This document shows, one piece after another, positions 22,720 through 34,712 of a stretch of DNA of 64,000 bases. The stretch spans positions 9,300,001 through 9,364,000 of the forward strand of contig NC_043002.1 in assembly GCF_006345805.1 (NCBI RefSeq). Reading direction: 5' to 3'. Positions within the stretch are counted from its first letter, which is position 1; each line of letters begins with the position of its first letter. Origin of the DNA: Octopus sinensis. Its lineage: Eukaryota. Position numbers and translations under genes: made by a program. The notes beneath the pieces are model-generated. The model was given only the letters and a program-made list of their open reading frames with translations, was not told the DNA's origin and did no database searches.

Positions 22720-25700
22720 GCGAGCTTTCTTTTCAGGTACACGAAGCTACTGTCCACCGTCCCAGGGTCTCTAGAGCCCATGCCTCCCACACCCTCAGGG
22801 TTGGCACCCTCAACGTTGGCACTCTGAAAGGTAGGTCTGGTGAGATAGTCGAGATGCTTGAACGGAGATGTGTGGATATATGTTGCATGCAAGAAATAAG
22901 GTGGAGAGGAGGATCAGCTAGGTTCCTCACAGGCAAGGAACGCAGGTACAAGATTTTCTGGGCAGGGACACTGAGGGGTTGGTGGCGTGGGTATACTTAT
23001 CGCTGAGAAATGGGTAGATAAAGTAATTGAGGTAATCAGAGTATGTGACAGAATACTTAAGATTAGATTAGTGCTTAATCATAGTTTAGCAACCATTATA
23101 TCAGCCTATGCTCCTCAGTCGGGGCTACCCGATGGACAGAAAGACCGATTCTATGACACTCTACTGCAGACTACCTCGTTGACGAACGACAGAGACCTTA
23201 TCTTTGTGGCTGGTGACTTCAATGGTCACGTTGGACGACATGCTGGGGGCTTCCATGGCGTACATGGAGGCTATGGCTATGGCTCCCGCAACGAGGAGGG
23301 AACCAGGCTGCTGGAGTTCTGCGATGCAAATAATCTTATGATTTGCAACACTAACTTCAGGAAACCTACCAGCCACCTAGTCACTTACCAATCGGGCCAA
23401 CATACCAGCCAAATTGACTACATCCTTACAAGGCAAAGGGAGAGATGGCTGCTTATAAATGCCAAAACCTTCCCAGGTGAAGAATGTACCCCACAACATA
23501 GACTGGTAGTTAGTGACTTTAGGATCAGGACTAGGAGGACAACCAGAAGACGACAAATATGGAGAAGAAGGATCTGGAAGCTTAAAGATCCTGCAAATGG
23601 ACAGAGATTTAGGGACATATTACTTGAAGCCTCTGACGAAGTAGAGGGGATAGAGCATCACAGGGGGTAGTAGAAGACTGGACGTTTCTAAGGGACAACC
23701 TGCTGAGAGCCACTGACCAGATCTGTGGCTGGTGCAAAGTCCCCTCTCGACCTAGAATAACGTGGTGGTGGAACAATATTGTAGACAGGGCTATTAGAGA
23801 AAAGAGACAGGCTTGGAAGGTCTGGAAAAATGGGGGTAGCAGGGGATTGTATCAGACTGCCAAAAGAGAAGCTAGGAGACAGGTTTATTAGCCAGAGGGG
23901 AAGCAGATAAGAAAAAATTTGCCAATGTTCTGCGCCGTGAGGACCAAAGACTGGAGGTGTTTCGTGTTGCAAGACAGTGTGTGAGAGAGAATCGTGATGT
24001 GGTAGGAGAGAAGTGTGTTCGCATGGAAGATGGTTCACTTGCGCTAAATGAGGATGCAAAGAGAGAGGTTTGGAGATGCCACTATGAAAGGTTGCTGAAT
24101 GAAAGAAAATGAATGGGATAAAGAGAGTCTGCCGAATGTTGACCCAACAGAGGGACCAGCTATCCAAGTTGATAGTTCCGTGGTAGCTAAGGCAATTAGA
24201 AGCATGAAGACAGGGAAAGCCCCAGGCCCATCAGGAATCACTGCAGAGATGCTCAAAATGTCTGGTAGTGTCGGCTATAGCCTAGTCACCCGTATAGTTA
24301 ATCAGGTGATACACAAAGGGGTCATACCCAATGACTGGTGTAGCAGTATAATAGTCAACTGCTACAAAGGTAAAGGTGATGCCCTAGATACAAATAACTA
24401 CAGAGGTATCAAGCTGTTGGACCAGGTGATGAAGGTTACGGAGAGGGTCATAGCCCAACTAATTAGAGAGAGAGTTAGTTTAGATGAGATGCATTGGGTT
24501 TGTTTGTGCCAGGGAAAAGTACTACTGATGCTATATTCCTGGTAAGGCAGCTGCAGGAGAAATACCTAGCCAAAGATAAGCCCCTGTACCTGGCTTTTGT
24601 TGACATGGAGAAAGCCTTCGACAGGGTCCCCCGATCCCTTATCTGGTGGGCAATGAGGAAACTAGGGATAGATGAATGGTTAGTGAGAGCTGTGCGGGCC
24701 ATGTACAGGGACGCCGCTAGTAGGGTGAGGGTTGCAAATGTGTACAGTGAAGAATTCCGGGTAGAGGTAGGAGTCCACCAAGGCTCAGTACTCAGCCCCC
24801 TCCTATTTATCATAGTCCTCCAGGCAATAACGGAGGAATTCAAGACAGGATGCCCTTGGGAGCTCCTCTATGCTGATGACCTTGCTCTAATTGCTGAGTC
24901 GCTATCAGAACTGGAGGAGAAGTTTCAGGTGTGGAAACAAGGATTAGAATCGAAGGGCCTCAGAGTCAATCTAGCTAAAACCAAAGTCGTAATCAGTAGG
25001 AAGGTAGACAAATCACAAACACCTTCAGGTAGATGGCCCTGCTCGATCTGTAGAAAAGGTGTAGGTAGAAACTCTATAAGATGCACCAAGTGTAAGCTAT
25101 GGACACATAAGAGATGCAGCAATGTCAAAGGAAGGCTAACTAGGAGATGGTTTTTGTATGTGGCAGATGCTCAGGAACAATAAACACTGAAAATGCTCTG
25201 AGACCAACTTCCGTCACTTTCCAGGGAGAAAAACTAGAAATAGTTGATAGTTTCCGTTACCTAGGTGACCAAGTCAGCAGCGGGGGCGGGTGTGCTGAAA
25301 GTGTAACTGCTAGAGTAAGAATAGCTTGGGCAAAGTTCAGAGAGCTCTTACCTCTACTGGTGACAAAAGACCTCTCGCACAGAGTGAAAGGCAGACTGTA
25401 TGATGCGTGTGTACGAACAGCCATGCTGCATGGCAGTGAAACATGGGCCGTGACTGCTGAGGATATACGTAAGCTCGCTAGAAATGAAGCCAGTATGCTC
25501 CGATGGATGTGTAATGCCAGTACTCACACTCGGCAGAGTGTAAGTACCTTGAGAGAAAAGCTGGACCTAAGAAGCATCAGTTGTGGTGTGCAAGAGAGAC
25601 GTTTGCGCTGGTATGGTCATGTGGCGAGAATGGATGAAGATAGTTGTGTGAAAAAGTGCCACACCCTAGCGGTTGAGGGAACCTGTGGAAGAGGCAGACC

Positions 25701-26420
25701 CAGGAAAACCTGGGACGAGGTGGTGAAGCACGACCTTCGAACTTTAGGTCTCACTGAGGAAATGACTAGAGACCGAGACCTCTGGAAGTGTGCTGTGCGC
25801 GAGAAGACCGGCAGGACAAGTGAGTCCATAACCCGTGGCCTTCTACATGGGATGGAGCCAGCCTACGTATGCATACCTTCCCTTCTTGGGACACAAAACT
25901 CTACTTGTGAAGACGTGATGAGGCAAGTGAGGATCAGAATCGAAATCGATCAATGGAAATTGCGGATGTGCTACCAGTGCCGGTGGCATGTCAAAACTCT
26001 GCTTGTGAAGACCCGTTGAGGCAAGTGACGATCAGAATCGAAATCGATCAATGGAAATTGCAGATGTGTTACCAGTGCCGGTGGCATGTAAGAGAACTTT
26101 CCGTTTCGCGACCGTTGCCAGCACCGCCCCGTTTCGTGTCCGTTGCCAGCCTCACCTGGCCCTCGTGCCGGTGGCACATAAAAAGCACCATCCGTTCGTG
26201 GCCGTTTGCCAGCTCTGTCTGGCACCAGTGCGGGTGGCACGTAAAAAGCACCCACTACACTCACGGAGTGGTTGGCGTTAGGAAGGGCATCCAGCCGTAG
26301 AAACACTGCCAGATTTGACTGGGCCTGATGAAGCCTTCTGGCTTCACAGACCCCAGTAGAACCGTCCAACCCATGCTAGCATGGAAAACGGACGCTAAAC
26401 GATGATGATGATGATGATGA
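22720..26420 (+). mobile_element. Near full-length RTE-clade LINE (AP endonuclease, RT, PHD-like finger, repeat-array 3' UTR, (ATG)n tail)
   Basis: VGTLNVGTL, CMQEIRW, AGDFNGHVG, SQIDYIL, PQHRLV, KAPGPSGI, NYRGIKLL, FVDMEKAFDRV, GVHQGSVLSPLLF, LLYADDL, FRYLG, RRLRWYGHV; about six small indels break the single ORF. Confidence 0.95.
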
Positions 26421-26879
26421 TTTAAATAATTAACATAGCTCTCCTTTTATATAGTAATACTTCAACCATATCTTTTAAAGAAATCATAAAGTTTCTTTTA
26501 ATATAATTCTAATTTTCTATTTGTACAATCCCTAGTAAGTAATAAATGGTCATCCCTATATAAACCACCCTCCAACTTTAAATTTTCTAATTGAAGTTCA
26601 GATAATAAATAAATACCTACTAAATCTGTAGCTTGTGCAGAATTGTTGATGAAAATTGTGAAAGAGAAAGACATAGTATGAAGAACTGAAGCCGATCTCA
26701 AAATGCTGAACCTTATGAAGGAGATAACAAAGGGTTGAGACGTCTGGCACCTTTTTGTACTCAAGACTCACCCACCACAGAATTCATAGCCTAAAACCAC
26801 CTTGGTAATGGTTGTCTATGAGGGGCTCTGGCCTGTCAACCTTCTCTCTCCCACCTACGTTTCATCCCCTAACACCCAA

Positions 26880-27300
26880 AAAGTACTGGTTATGGTACCA
26901 CATAAAAAACACTGGTGCTGGTGCCATGAAAAAAGCACCGAGTACACTCTGTAAAGTGTTTAGCATTAGGAAGGGCATCCAGTAGTAGAAACCAAGCCAA
27001 AACAGACCATGGAACCTGGTGGAGCCCCTGGCCTTGTTAGCTCCTTTCAAACTATCCAACCCATGCCAGTATGGAAAATAGACATTAAATGATGATGGTG
27101 ATGATAATATCATCATCATCATATAACGTCCGTTTTTTATGCTAGCATGGGTTGGACGGTTCGACCGGGGTCTGGTAACCATGAAGGCTGCACCAGGCTC
27201 CAGTCTGGTTTGGCAGTGTTTCTACACCTGGATGCCCTTCCTAACACCAACCACTCCGTGAGTGTAGTGGGTGCTTTTTACATGCCACCAGCACAGGGGC
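26880..27300. mobile_element. Two RTE 3' ends arranged tail-to-tail (+ 26880-27105, - 27110-27300)
   Basis: GATGATGGTGATGAT abuts CATCATCATC; both carry the AGGAAGGGCATCCAG motif in opposite orientation. Confidence 0.8.
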
Positions 27301-27713
27301 CAAGGTTAGCATAGTAGGCTGTCCTGCGAGCCATGAGGCTGTCCTGCGAGGAAGCTACCCAAAGTAATTTCATAGCATAAAAATGTTATAAAAATAGATA
27401 TCACACGTACTCACGCATCATGGATAGTAGAACAAACAAGTGTATATGACTGCGAGCTAAAGAATTGGAAATTCATATCCTATTGCCAGCATTATAAGTC
27501 TGTAACCAAGGAACTAGCTTATAATAACCCCGAATAAATACAATTATAATATAGTTAACTGAAGGGAGGTGGGGTGGGTTACTTGAAAAATTATCAAGTG
27601 TGTTAATTTGTATCACTGAATTCAACTCCACTTATGAATATAGCTTGGAGAAAAATGAATGGGTTTTACCAAGGTGATGCACCCCAAATATATTGTTTAA
27701 TTGTCTTCTGTAA

Positions 27714-27965
27714 TCATCATCATCATCATCATTTAACGTCCACTTTCCATGCTAGCATGGGTTGGACGATTTTGACTGAGGGCTGGCGAGCCAGATGGCT
27801 GCACCAGGTTCCAATCTTGATTTGGCAGAGTTTCTACAGCTGGATGCCCTTCCTAATGCCAACCACTCCGAGAGTGTAGTGGGTGCTTTTACATGCCACC
27901 GGCACAGGGGCTAGTCAGACGGTACTAGCAACAACCTCACTCGAATCCTTTTACACATGCCACAA
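27714..27965 (-). mobile_element. RTE 3' UTR fragment
   Basis: (CAT)n plus conserved end. Confidence 0.85.
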
Positions 27966-28589
27966 AATTCAGCAAACATTCATTGTGCTTACATATATAT
28001 TCACATGCACATATATATACTCTCACAAGATGAAGACATCTTATTTTTATTCTAATAATAAAACAAAATCTCCAGTTTGACACTCTTTAGTGTCAGAGCA
28101 CAGTTTAGTTTGTTAAATGCATTTATTTGACTATGTATGTGTTTTTAAATGCAACTACACAAAGGAAAGTGTAGAAAGTTGTTTCCCCTTTTATAGATTT
28201 GCATCTTCTTGTAACCCACCCCCAAAAGATTCATAAAGTAGTAATTGTTTAAATTGTTGATATATAAACATTTTGTTTATTTGTCTATTTATTTCCCCCA
28301 CAACACCACTGCTACCAACTCCTTATCTCCATAATATTTCTCTACCAAATCAATCCAGTAAATGAAAGACTGGGATGTCTGAAACGATGTAGTTTTTGGT
28401 GTTCATGAAACAGAAATAGGAATAGTTTTCAATTGGGAAAAAAAATAGGGTTAATTTTTGATGCCTGTTTTATATTTTAAGAGTTAATTTTAGGAATGGA
28501 ATATCGTAAGACTGGATGAGTCGTGTCCATTATTTCAGTAACAAGTCATTAGAAAGGATGGAATGCCCTTCCTAACGCCAACCACCCCT

Positions 28590-28846
28590 GTGTCATCTCT
28601 TGTGAAAGGTAAGAGAGTCCAGTTTGCTGGACATTGTTGTAGAGCTGAAAAAGAGGTAATTTCTACTCTTCTCCCCTGGAAGCCATCTGCTTGCAATACC
28701 AGAGGGCGCACACTCTCCTACCCTGATGTAATCTCCAGGGATACAGGCATCCAGCAACAGGACCTCCGTAATGCCATGATGGACTGTGAAGTTTGGCGTA
28801 GCATGGTAAATTCCATTGTCTCGACCAAGGTCAAACAATGATGATG
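28590..28846 (+). mobile_element. 3' end of a second RTE-type LINE family
   Basis: KRVQFAGHCCRA...LLPWKP...RGRTLSYPDVISRD...AMMDCEVWR, ending GTCTCGACCAAGGTCAAACAATGATGATG. Confidence 0.75.
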
Positions 28847-29599
28847 AATGATGTAGTGGGTGCATTTTACGTGCCACCGGCACATGGGCCAGGGGAGGCT
28901 GGCAACAGCCACGATTGGTTGGTGGTTTTTATGCCTTTCATCCTTTTAAGTTTGATAAAACAAAGTACCAACTAAATAGTGGAGTTGATGTAATCAACTT
29001 TCCCCTTCTCAAAATTTGCTGGCCTTGTGCTAAAATTTGAAACAATTATCAAAAGGCAACAGACTGGCAGAACTGCTAGAATATTGGGCAAAATGCATTT
29101 CTTTTAACTTTGTTCTGAGTTCAAGTACCACCAAGGTCAACTTTGCTCTTCGTCCCTCTGCGGTCAATTTAATCAACTAACACTCCTTCCTCTAAAATTG
29201 CTGACAGAATTGTTAGTACGCTGGCCAAAATGCTTAGAGGCATTTCTTCCATTTTTGTTCTGAGTTCAAATTTCACTGAGATTGATTTTGCCTTTCATCC
29301 TTTCAGGGTTGATAAAATCAGTACCAGGTGAGCACCGGGGGTCGATGTAACCAACTTACCCCCTGCTTCCCACCCAACTTGCAGACCTTATGCCAAAATT
29401 TGAAACCATTGCTATTATAATAAAAAAAATGCTTTGCAGTATTTCTTCTCAGTTCAAATCCCAGTGAGGTCAACTTTGCTTTTCCTCCTCCAGGAGTCGA
29501 TAAGATAAAGTACCATTATTGGCTTCAGTGGTCTCAACAGAATTTCTCTTAAAATTCTTGATCTTGTGTCTAAATGAAAAGCCATTAACGTTATTATTA

Positions 29600-29850
29600 C
29601 TGTGAAGATTATCTTGCTGCCTTCCTTTGGCCAGGAACAGCAGGCAGCATTTCTTTGCCTGGTAACCTTAGCGAAAGAGGTTGTGTGGTGGACCAGATTG
29701 AAAGGGCTGAAGACAGATGCTTTCCTCTTTGGCCAAACCCCCATTAACTTTTTCAAGTTTCACTTGAAAAGGAAAGTGCTGCCTCCTGGAAATTTTGTTA
29801 TAAGGTGGGTGAATGTTGCAAGATGGGCCTAATCTGAACATACGTTGAAG
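29600..29850 (+). mobile_element. L1/Tx1 C-terminal fragment
   Basis: AAFLCLVTLAKEVVWWTRLKG...FFKFHLKRK, homologous to 31095-31356 and 16131-16571. Confidence 0.75.
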
Positions 29851-29969
29851 AAGGATGATGTGAAGAGAATATCTGCCCTTATGATCAGGGAGAGTGTGTT
29901 TTTGTGGTGCCTCCATAAACAGCCTGAGGAAATCTCCCACTTTTGGAAAATCATTCGCTGTGCTGCAGA

Positions 29970-30567
29970 AGACTTGGCAAGCGCAAGTGTGACCATAACC
30001 TTGTGGCCTATGCTAGGGGTGTAACCAGTCCACTTATGCGTGCCTTTTCTTCATTGGACACTAAACTCTGCTTGTGAAGACCAGTTGAGCCAAATGAAAT
30101 CGAAGTCGAAATCAAACTTGGTGACTGGCATCCGTTGCTAGTGGAGTGCCAAGAGTACCATACGAGTGAGATCGTTGCCAGAGCAACAAGCTGGCCTTCG
30201 TGCTGATGGCACGTTTAAGCACACCATTCGAGCGTGATCATTACTGCGTTGCCTTACTAGCACTTGTGCTGGTGGCACATGAAACAATTGAGCGAGATCG
30301 TTGCCAGTGCTGCTGGACTGCCTCCTGTGCAGGTGGCACATAAAAAGCACCATTTGGACGTGGTCGTTGCCAGTTCCACCAAACTGGCCCTTGTGCTGGT
30401 GGCACGTAAAAGCACCCACTACACTCTCGGAGTGGTTGGCATTAGGAAGGGCATTCAGCTGTAGAAACTCTGCCAGATCAGATTGGAGTCTGGTTCACCA
30501 GCCCTCAGTCAAAATCATCCAACCCATGCTAGCATGGAAAGCGGATGTTAAACGAATGATGAACGAT
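29970..30567 (+). mobile_element. RTE 3' UTR (almost complete)
   Basis: AAGTGTGACCATAACC start of UTR, multiple array units, conserved end. Confidence 0.85.
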
Positions 30568-31094
30568 ATAATCTAGTGAGCTGGCAGAATTGTTAGGGAT
30601 GAAAGTGTCTTGCAACATTTGTTCCAATTCATTACATTTTGAGTTCAAATTTTGCTGAAGTTTACCTTTGCCTTTCGTCCTTTTGGAGTTGATGTAATCA
30701 ACTCAAGATAGCTGGCCTTGTATTAAAATGAGAAAGAATCATTAAGTCAGCAAGCAATCAGAATGGTTAGCATGCTGTGCAAAAGACTCAGCAGCATTTT
30801 CTCCATCTTCATGGTCTATTTCCAAATTTCATCAAATTCCGACTGTTCCTTTCATACTTCTGGGACCAATCTAATCAACTACTGCCCACCCCCACCAAAA
30901 TTTCAGGCCTTATGCCTATAGTAGAAAAGCTTATTTTTTATTATTATTATTGCTGCAAAATACTTGGTGACATTTCATTCATCTTTGCATTCCGAGTTCA
31001 AATTCTGCTGAGATCAACTTTGCCTTTCATCATTTCGGGGTTGATAAAATGAGTACCAGTTAAGCCCCTCCCACCAAATTTCAGGTTTTGTGCT

Positions 31095-31625
31095 TATGAT
31101 TAACAAGGAGGGCAAGGCCGTTTTCCTGTGCCTAGTGGCTGTGGCGAAAGAGGTTATATGGTGGACCCGTTTGAAAGGGCTAAAGTCAGACACTTTCCTC
31201 TTTGGTCAAGGCCTCATCAACTTTTTCAAGTTTCACTTGAAAAGGAAAATGAGGTTAGAGAGGAGAGTGCTGTCTGATAGCAAGTTTTCTGAAAGGTGGG
31301 TGAATTGTGCAAGAATGGCCAGTATAAATGGACCAATTCTGAGGTTTCGCCTGTAATTGAAAAAAGTATTATAAAAGGAGAAAGGGGCTCTCTACCCTCC
31401 CTTTTGACCAGGCTCCTGTTGGCTTTTATGGGTTTTTCCACCAGGAACCTTTCGCAACGCCTCCCCCTATTGGGAGTTTTTCGTTGTTATATTATTTGAT
31501 TGTTACACTGTTTTTACACGATTTTTTCACAAATGGACAAAAGCCTTTGTAACCTTTCGTCCTGTTTTGTCCCTTTATGTTTTCCAATCATGTTTGTCAG
31601 CCCTTGTGGCCAATAAAAAGAATTA
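31095..31625 (+). mobile_element. L1/Tx1 3' end with UTR and tail
   Basis: KAVFLCLVAVAKEVIWWTRLKG...FSERW; UTR ends GCCCTTGTGGCCAATAAAAAGAATT followed by (ATT)n. Confidence 0.8.
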
Positions 31626-31993
31626 ATTATTATTATCATTAGGGTAATGGTTGGCAGAATCATTAGAGCATCCCACTAAATTCCTTGCAGTACTTCTGTT
31701 GCCGAAGCCAAATTAGCTTCTCATCCTTCCGGAGTCAATCAAATGAAATACCAAACGCGAGTGTCAATTTCGTTAACGAACCCTCTTCCTATAAAATTGC
31801 TACCATGTAATTAAATTAGAGACCATTATTATCATTAAGGCATCAATATTTATTCTGGTTCTTTATGTTCTAATCTTACAAAGGTCGACTTTGCCTTTCA
31901 TCCTTCTGGGTTAATAAAATGAAGTACCAATCGAGTATAAGTTTTGGTTATAATCAACTGTTTTTTCTCCACATGCTACCTTGTAGGATTTAC

Positions 31994-32232
31994 ATCATCA
32001 TCGTTTAACGTCCGTTTTCCATGCTGGCATGGGTTGGATGGTTCGACCAGGGTCTGGGAAGCCAGGAGGCTGCACCAGGCTCCAGTCTGATCTGGCAGTG
32101 TTTCTACAGCTGGATGCCCTTCCTAACGCCAACCACTCCGTGAGTGTAGTGGGTGCTTTTTATGTGCCACTGGCACAGGTGCCAGGGAAGGCTGGCAATG
32201 GCCACAATTGGTTGGTGGTTTTTACGTGCCAC
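31994..32232 (-). mobile_element. RTE 3' UTR fragment
   Basis: (CAT)n plus conserved end. Confidence 0.85.
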
Positions 32233-32256
32233 TAAATATTTTAAAAAATGATAGAA

Positions 32257-32617
32257 GCATGGCTATATGGCTAAAAAGTTCCTTCTGCATCTGTGTAGTT
32301 TTGGGTTCAGTCTCACTACACGGTACCTAGGGCAACTGTCTTTTGTTACAGACCTATACCAACCAATGCCTTAACAGTGAACTTTTGAATGGAAACTGTG
32401 TATATCTGTCCTTTTTGTTAGCCCCCCCCATCGCCTGACAACCAGTGCTGGTTTGTTTATGTTCTTGTGACATAGCAGTTCAGCAAAACAGACTGATACA
32501 ATAAGTACCAGACTTAAACTAAAAAAGTACTGGAGTCAATTTGTTTGACTAACACCTTCAAGGCAATGCTCCAGGATGGCCGTAGTCCACTGACTGAAAC
32601 AAGTAAACAATAAAAGT
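32257..32617 (+). mobile_element. Old diverged SINE family A copy
   Basis: TGGCTATATGG, GGTTCAGTCTC, ...TGACTGAAACAAGTAA. Confidence 0.7.
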
Positions 32618-32924
32618 TATTGTCAATCCATTTCCTTTTTATTTTATTCGGGAAATAGCTTATTTTCAAAATTTTATTTATTTTATTTATTTATCTAATT
32701 TTGCTAATTTTAATTTTTTAATCCGTTGCCATTTAATCAATACCGAGAGTTGCAATATAGTATAGTAATAAAAAAAATATAGATGCTCAGATTGGATTTT
32801 CATGATAAAATACTGAAGAGGTTAACATATCAGTAGCTATATTGTAGCTGTTTTGCCTCTCATCAGCCCTAACGAAGCAGGTCTATGATCAATGGTGTTA
32901 GTTATGATACCCTGACCTTTTCTT

Positions 32925-33403
32925 CATCATCATCATCATCATCGTTTAATGTCCGCTTTCCATGCTAGCATGGGTTGGACGGTTCGACCAGGGTCTGGGA
33001 AGCCAGGAGGCTGCACCAGGCTCCAGTCTGATCTGGCAGTGTTTCTACAGCTGGATGCTCTTCCTAACGCCAAACACTCTGAGAGTGTAGTGGGTCCTTT
33101 TACGTGCCACCAGCACGGGGCCAGTCAGGTGGTACTGGCAACGATCTCACTCGAATCTTTTATACATGCCACCGGCACAGGTGCCAGTGGGCGATGCTGG
33201 TAACGATCACGCTCGAATGGTGTCTTTTATGTGCCACCAGCACGGAGGCCAGATAGTCGCTCTGGCAACGATCACGCTCAGATGGTGCTCTTAATACCCT
33301 ACTAGCACGGGGCTCGAGTGCCAGTAAGGTGACGCTGGTAACGATCACGCTCGAATGGTGCCCTTTAAGTGCCACTGGCACGGAAGCCGGTTAGCCGCTC
33401 TGT
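32925..33403 (-). mobile_element. RTE 3' UTR fragment with extended array
   Basis: (CAT)n, conserved end, repeated ACGATCACGCTCGAATGGTG units. Confidence 0.85.
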
Positions 33404-33592
33404 CTAGTTATTGCATATCTAGAATTACATCATCCAATGTCCTTCTTGCTCCAAAATCATATGGCATCATTTAAGGGAGATTTGGTTGCTATTTTTAGCT
33501 CCTTAGATTTGACAGCATGTATTTTAAATGGTGATTTTAGGATTGAGTAGGCTGTTGATGCTTCAGGCTTCAAATAAATATATTTTTATACA

Positions 33593-33977
33593 GGTGCAGG
33601 AGTGGCTATGTGATAAGTAGCTTGTTTACCAACCACATGGTTCCGGGTTCAGTCCCACTGTGTGGCATCTTGGGCAAGTGTCTTCTACTATAGCCTCGGG
33701 CCGACCAAATCCTTATGAGTGGATTTGGTAGACGGAAACTGAAAGAAGCCCGTCGTATATATGTATATATATATATATGCGTGTGTGTTTGTCCCCCTAG
33801 CATTGCTTGACAACCGATGCTGGTGTGTTTACGTCCCCGTTACTTAGCGGTTCGGCAAAAGAGACCGATAGAATAAGTACTGGGCTTACAAAAGAATAAG
33901 TCCCGGGGTCGAGTTGCTCGATTAAAGGCGGTGCTCCAGCATGGCCGCAGTCAAATGACTGAAACAAGTAAAAGAGT
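33593..33977 (+). mobile_element. SINE family A, full length
   Basis: GGTGCAGGAGTGGCT head with A and B boxes, CORE-like segment, microsatellite, tail. Confidence 0.9.
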
Positions 33978-34712
33978 TGTTACAATGATTGTGCCTTTCC
34001 CAACAAAGAATACGAGGAAAATGAAAGCTATTAACGGGAATCGCTAAATACTTGTCTGTTATATTATGCTCACTTTATAAGATATAGATATGATGAACAA
34101 TGTCAGATATCTAGGGTATGACCTCATATTTATAAGGGGGTTGGTACTGAGGCAGTAATGGCATTTATATCTGTCTCTATAAGTGAAATAGCTACAAACA
34201 GCAAGTATTGACAATTAGGTCACGGTTTTGCTAATAGATTAGCTATGCTCTTCACAAACCTTACCTTCTAATTTAGGTAGAAGTTTTTAGAGCGATAAAG
34301 CACCACACCAATGTTGTAGAAAGAAATTAAATGAGCTGGGTTGATTTTTTTTTCTCTCAAATGTTTTTTCTAATGATTCAAGTAATGAGCTTCTATTTAC
34401 ATCCAGGAAAATATGAATTTGTTGCTGCAGATACTAATTGTAAAGGTAACAGAGAGGTAAGTCAACACAAATATTTATCTGATTACTGCTTCCTTGAAAT
34501 ATGGACTCAGCACTGCAAGATAATGATACTCACTGCACAGGTTGTAACAAATAATGCAATAATTTATAAATTAATTTTGGCTAGCTACAACTGTTACCTA
34601 ACTGGTCAGAACAAAGGAGAATGGATTGAAAGTGATAATATGTGTTGCTCAAATATAAATGCCTTCAAGGTGAGATTAAGGACAAAGACAGTTGCAAAAA
34701 CTGACTTGGAAA

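Larger units (their letters stand above)
21091..26645 (-). mobile_element. Second, very AT-rich Penelope-like element split into three pieces (21091-22153, 22557-22719, 26421-26645)
   Basis: GLYRDDHL at about 26560; YVNYLN|VNFNL across the RTE insertion; LSYDLE|IFNKHAPYY across the Helitron; CTCRDKNKC...VVYKY...YIGST...CLLCTNE GIY-YIG domain. Confidence 0.88.
28930..31985 (+). repeat. Cluster of degenerate, co-oriented SINE family B-related units interleaved with LINE fragments
   Basis: Recurring GAGTTCAAAT...GGTCRACTTTGCCTTTCATCC...GATAAAAT..GTACC at about 28930, 29115, 29260, 29450, 30640, 30990, 31700 and 31880. Confidence 0.75.

Noticed and set aside
26322-26350. CTGATGA followed by an AGCC/GGCT hairpin
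   Set aside because: No GAAA after the stem, and sister copies read CTGGTGCAGCC, so it is a chance hammerhead half-match.
28355-28400. Possible decayed hammerhead (GAC..GTC-TGAAAC-GAT-GTA)
   Set aside because: The core 5' strand and stem I cannot be formed convincingly.
33593-33670. tRNA-like A and B boxes
   Set aside because: SINE heads; no complete cloverleaf, and they continue into SINE body sequence.
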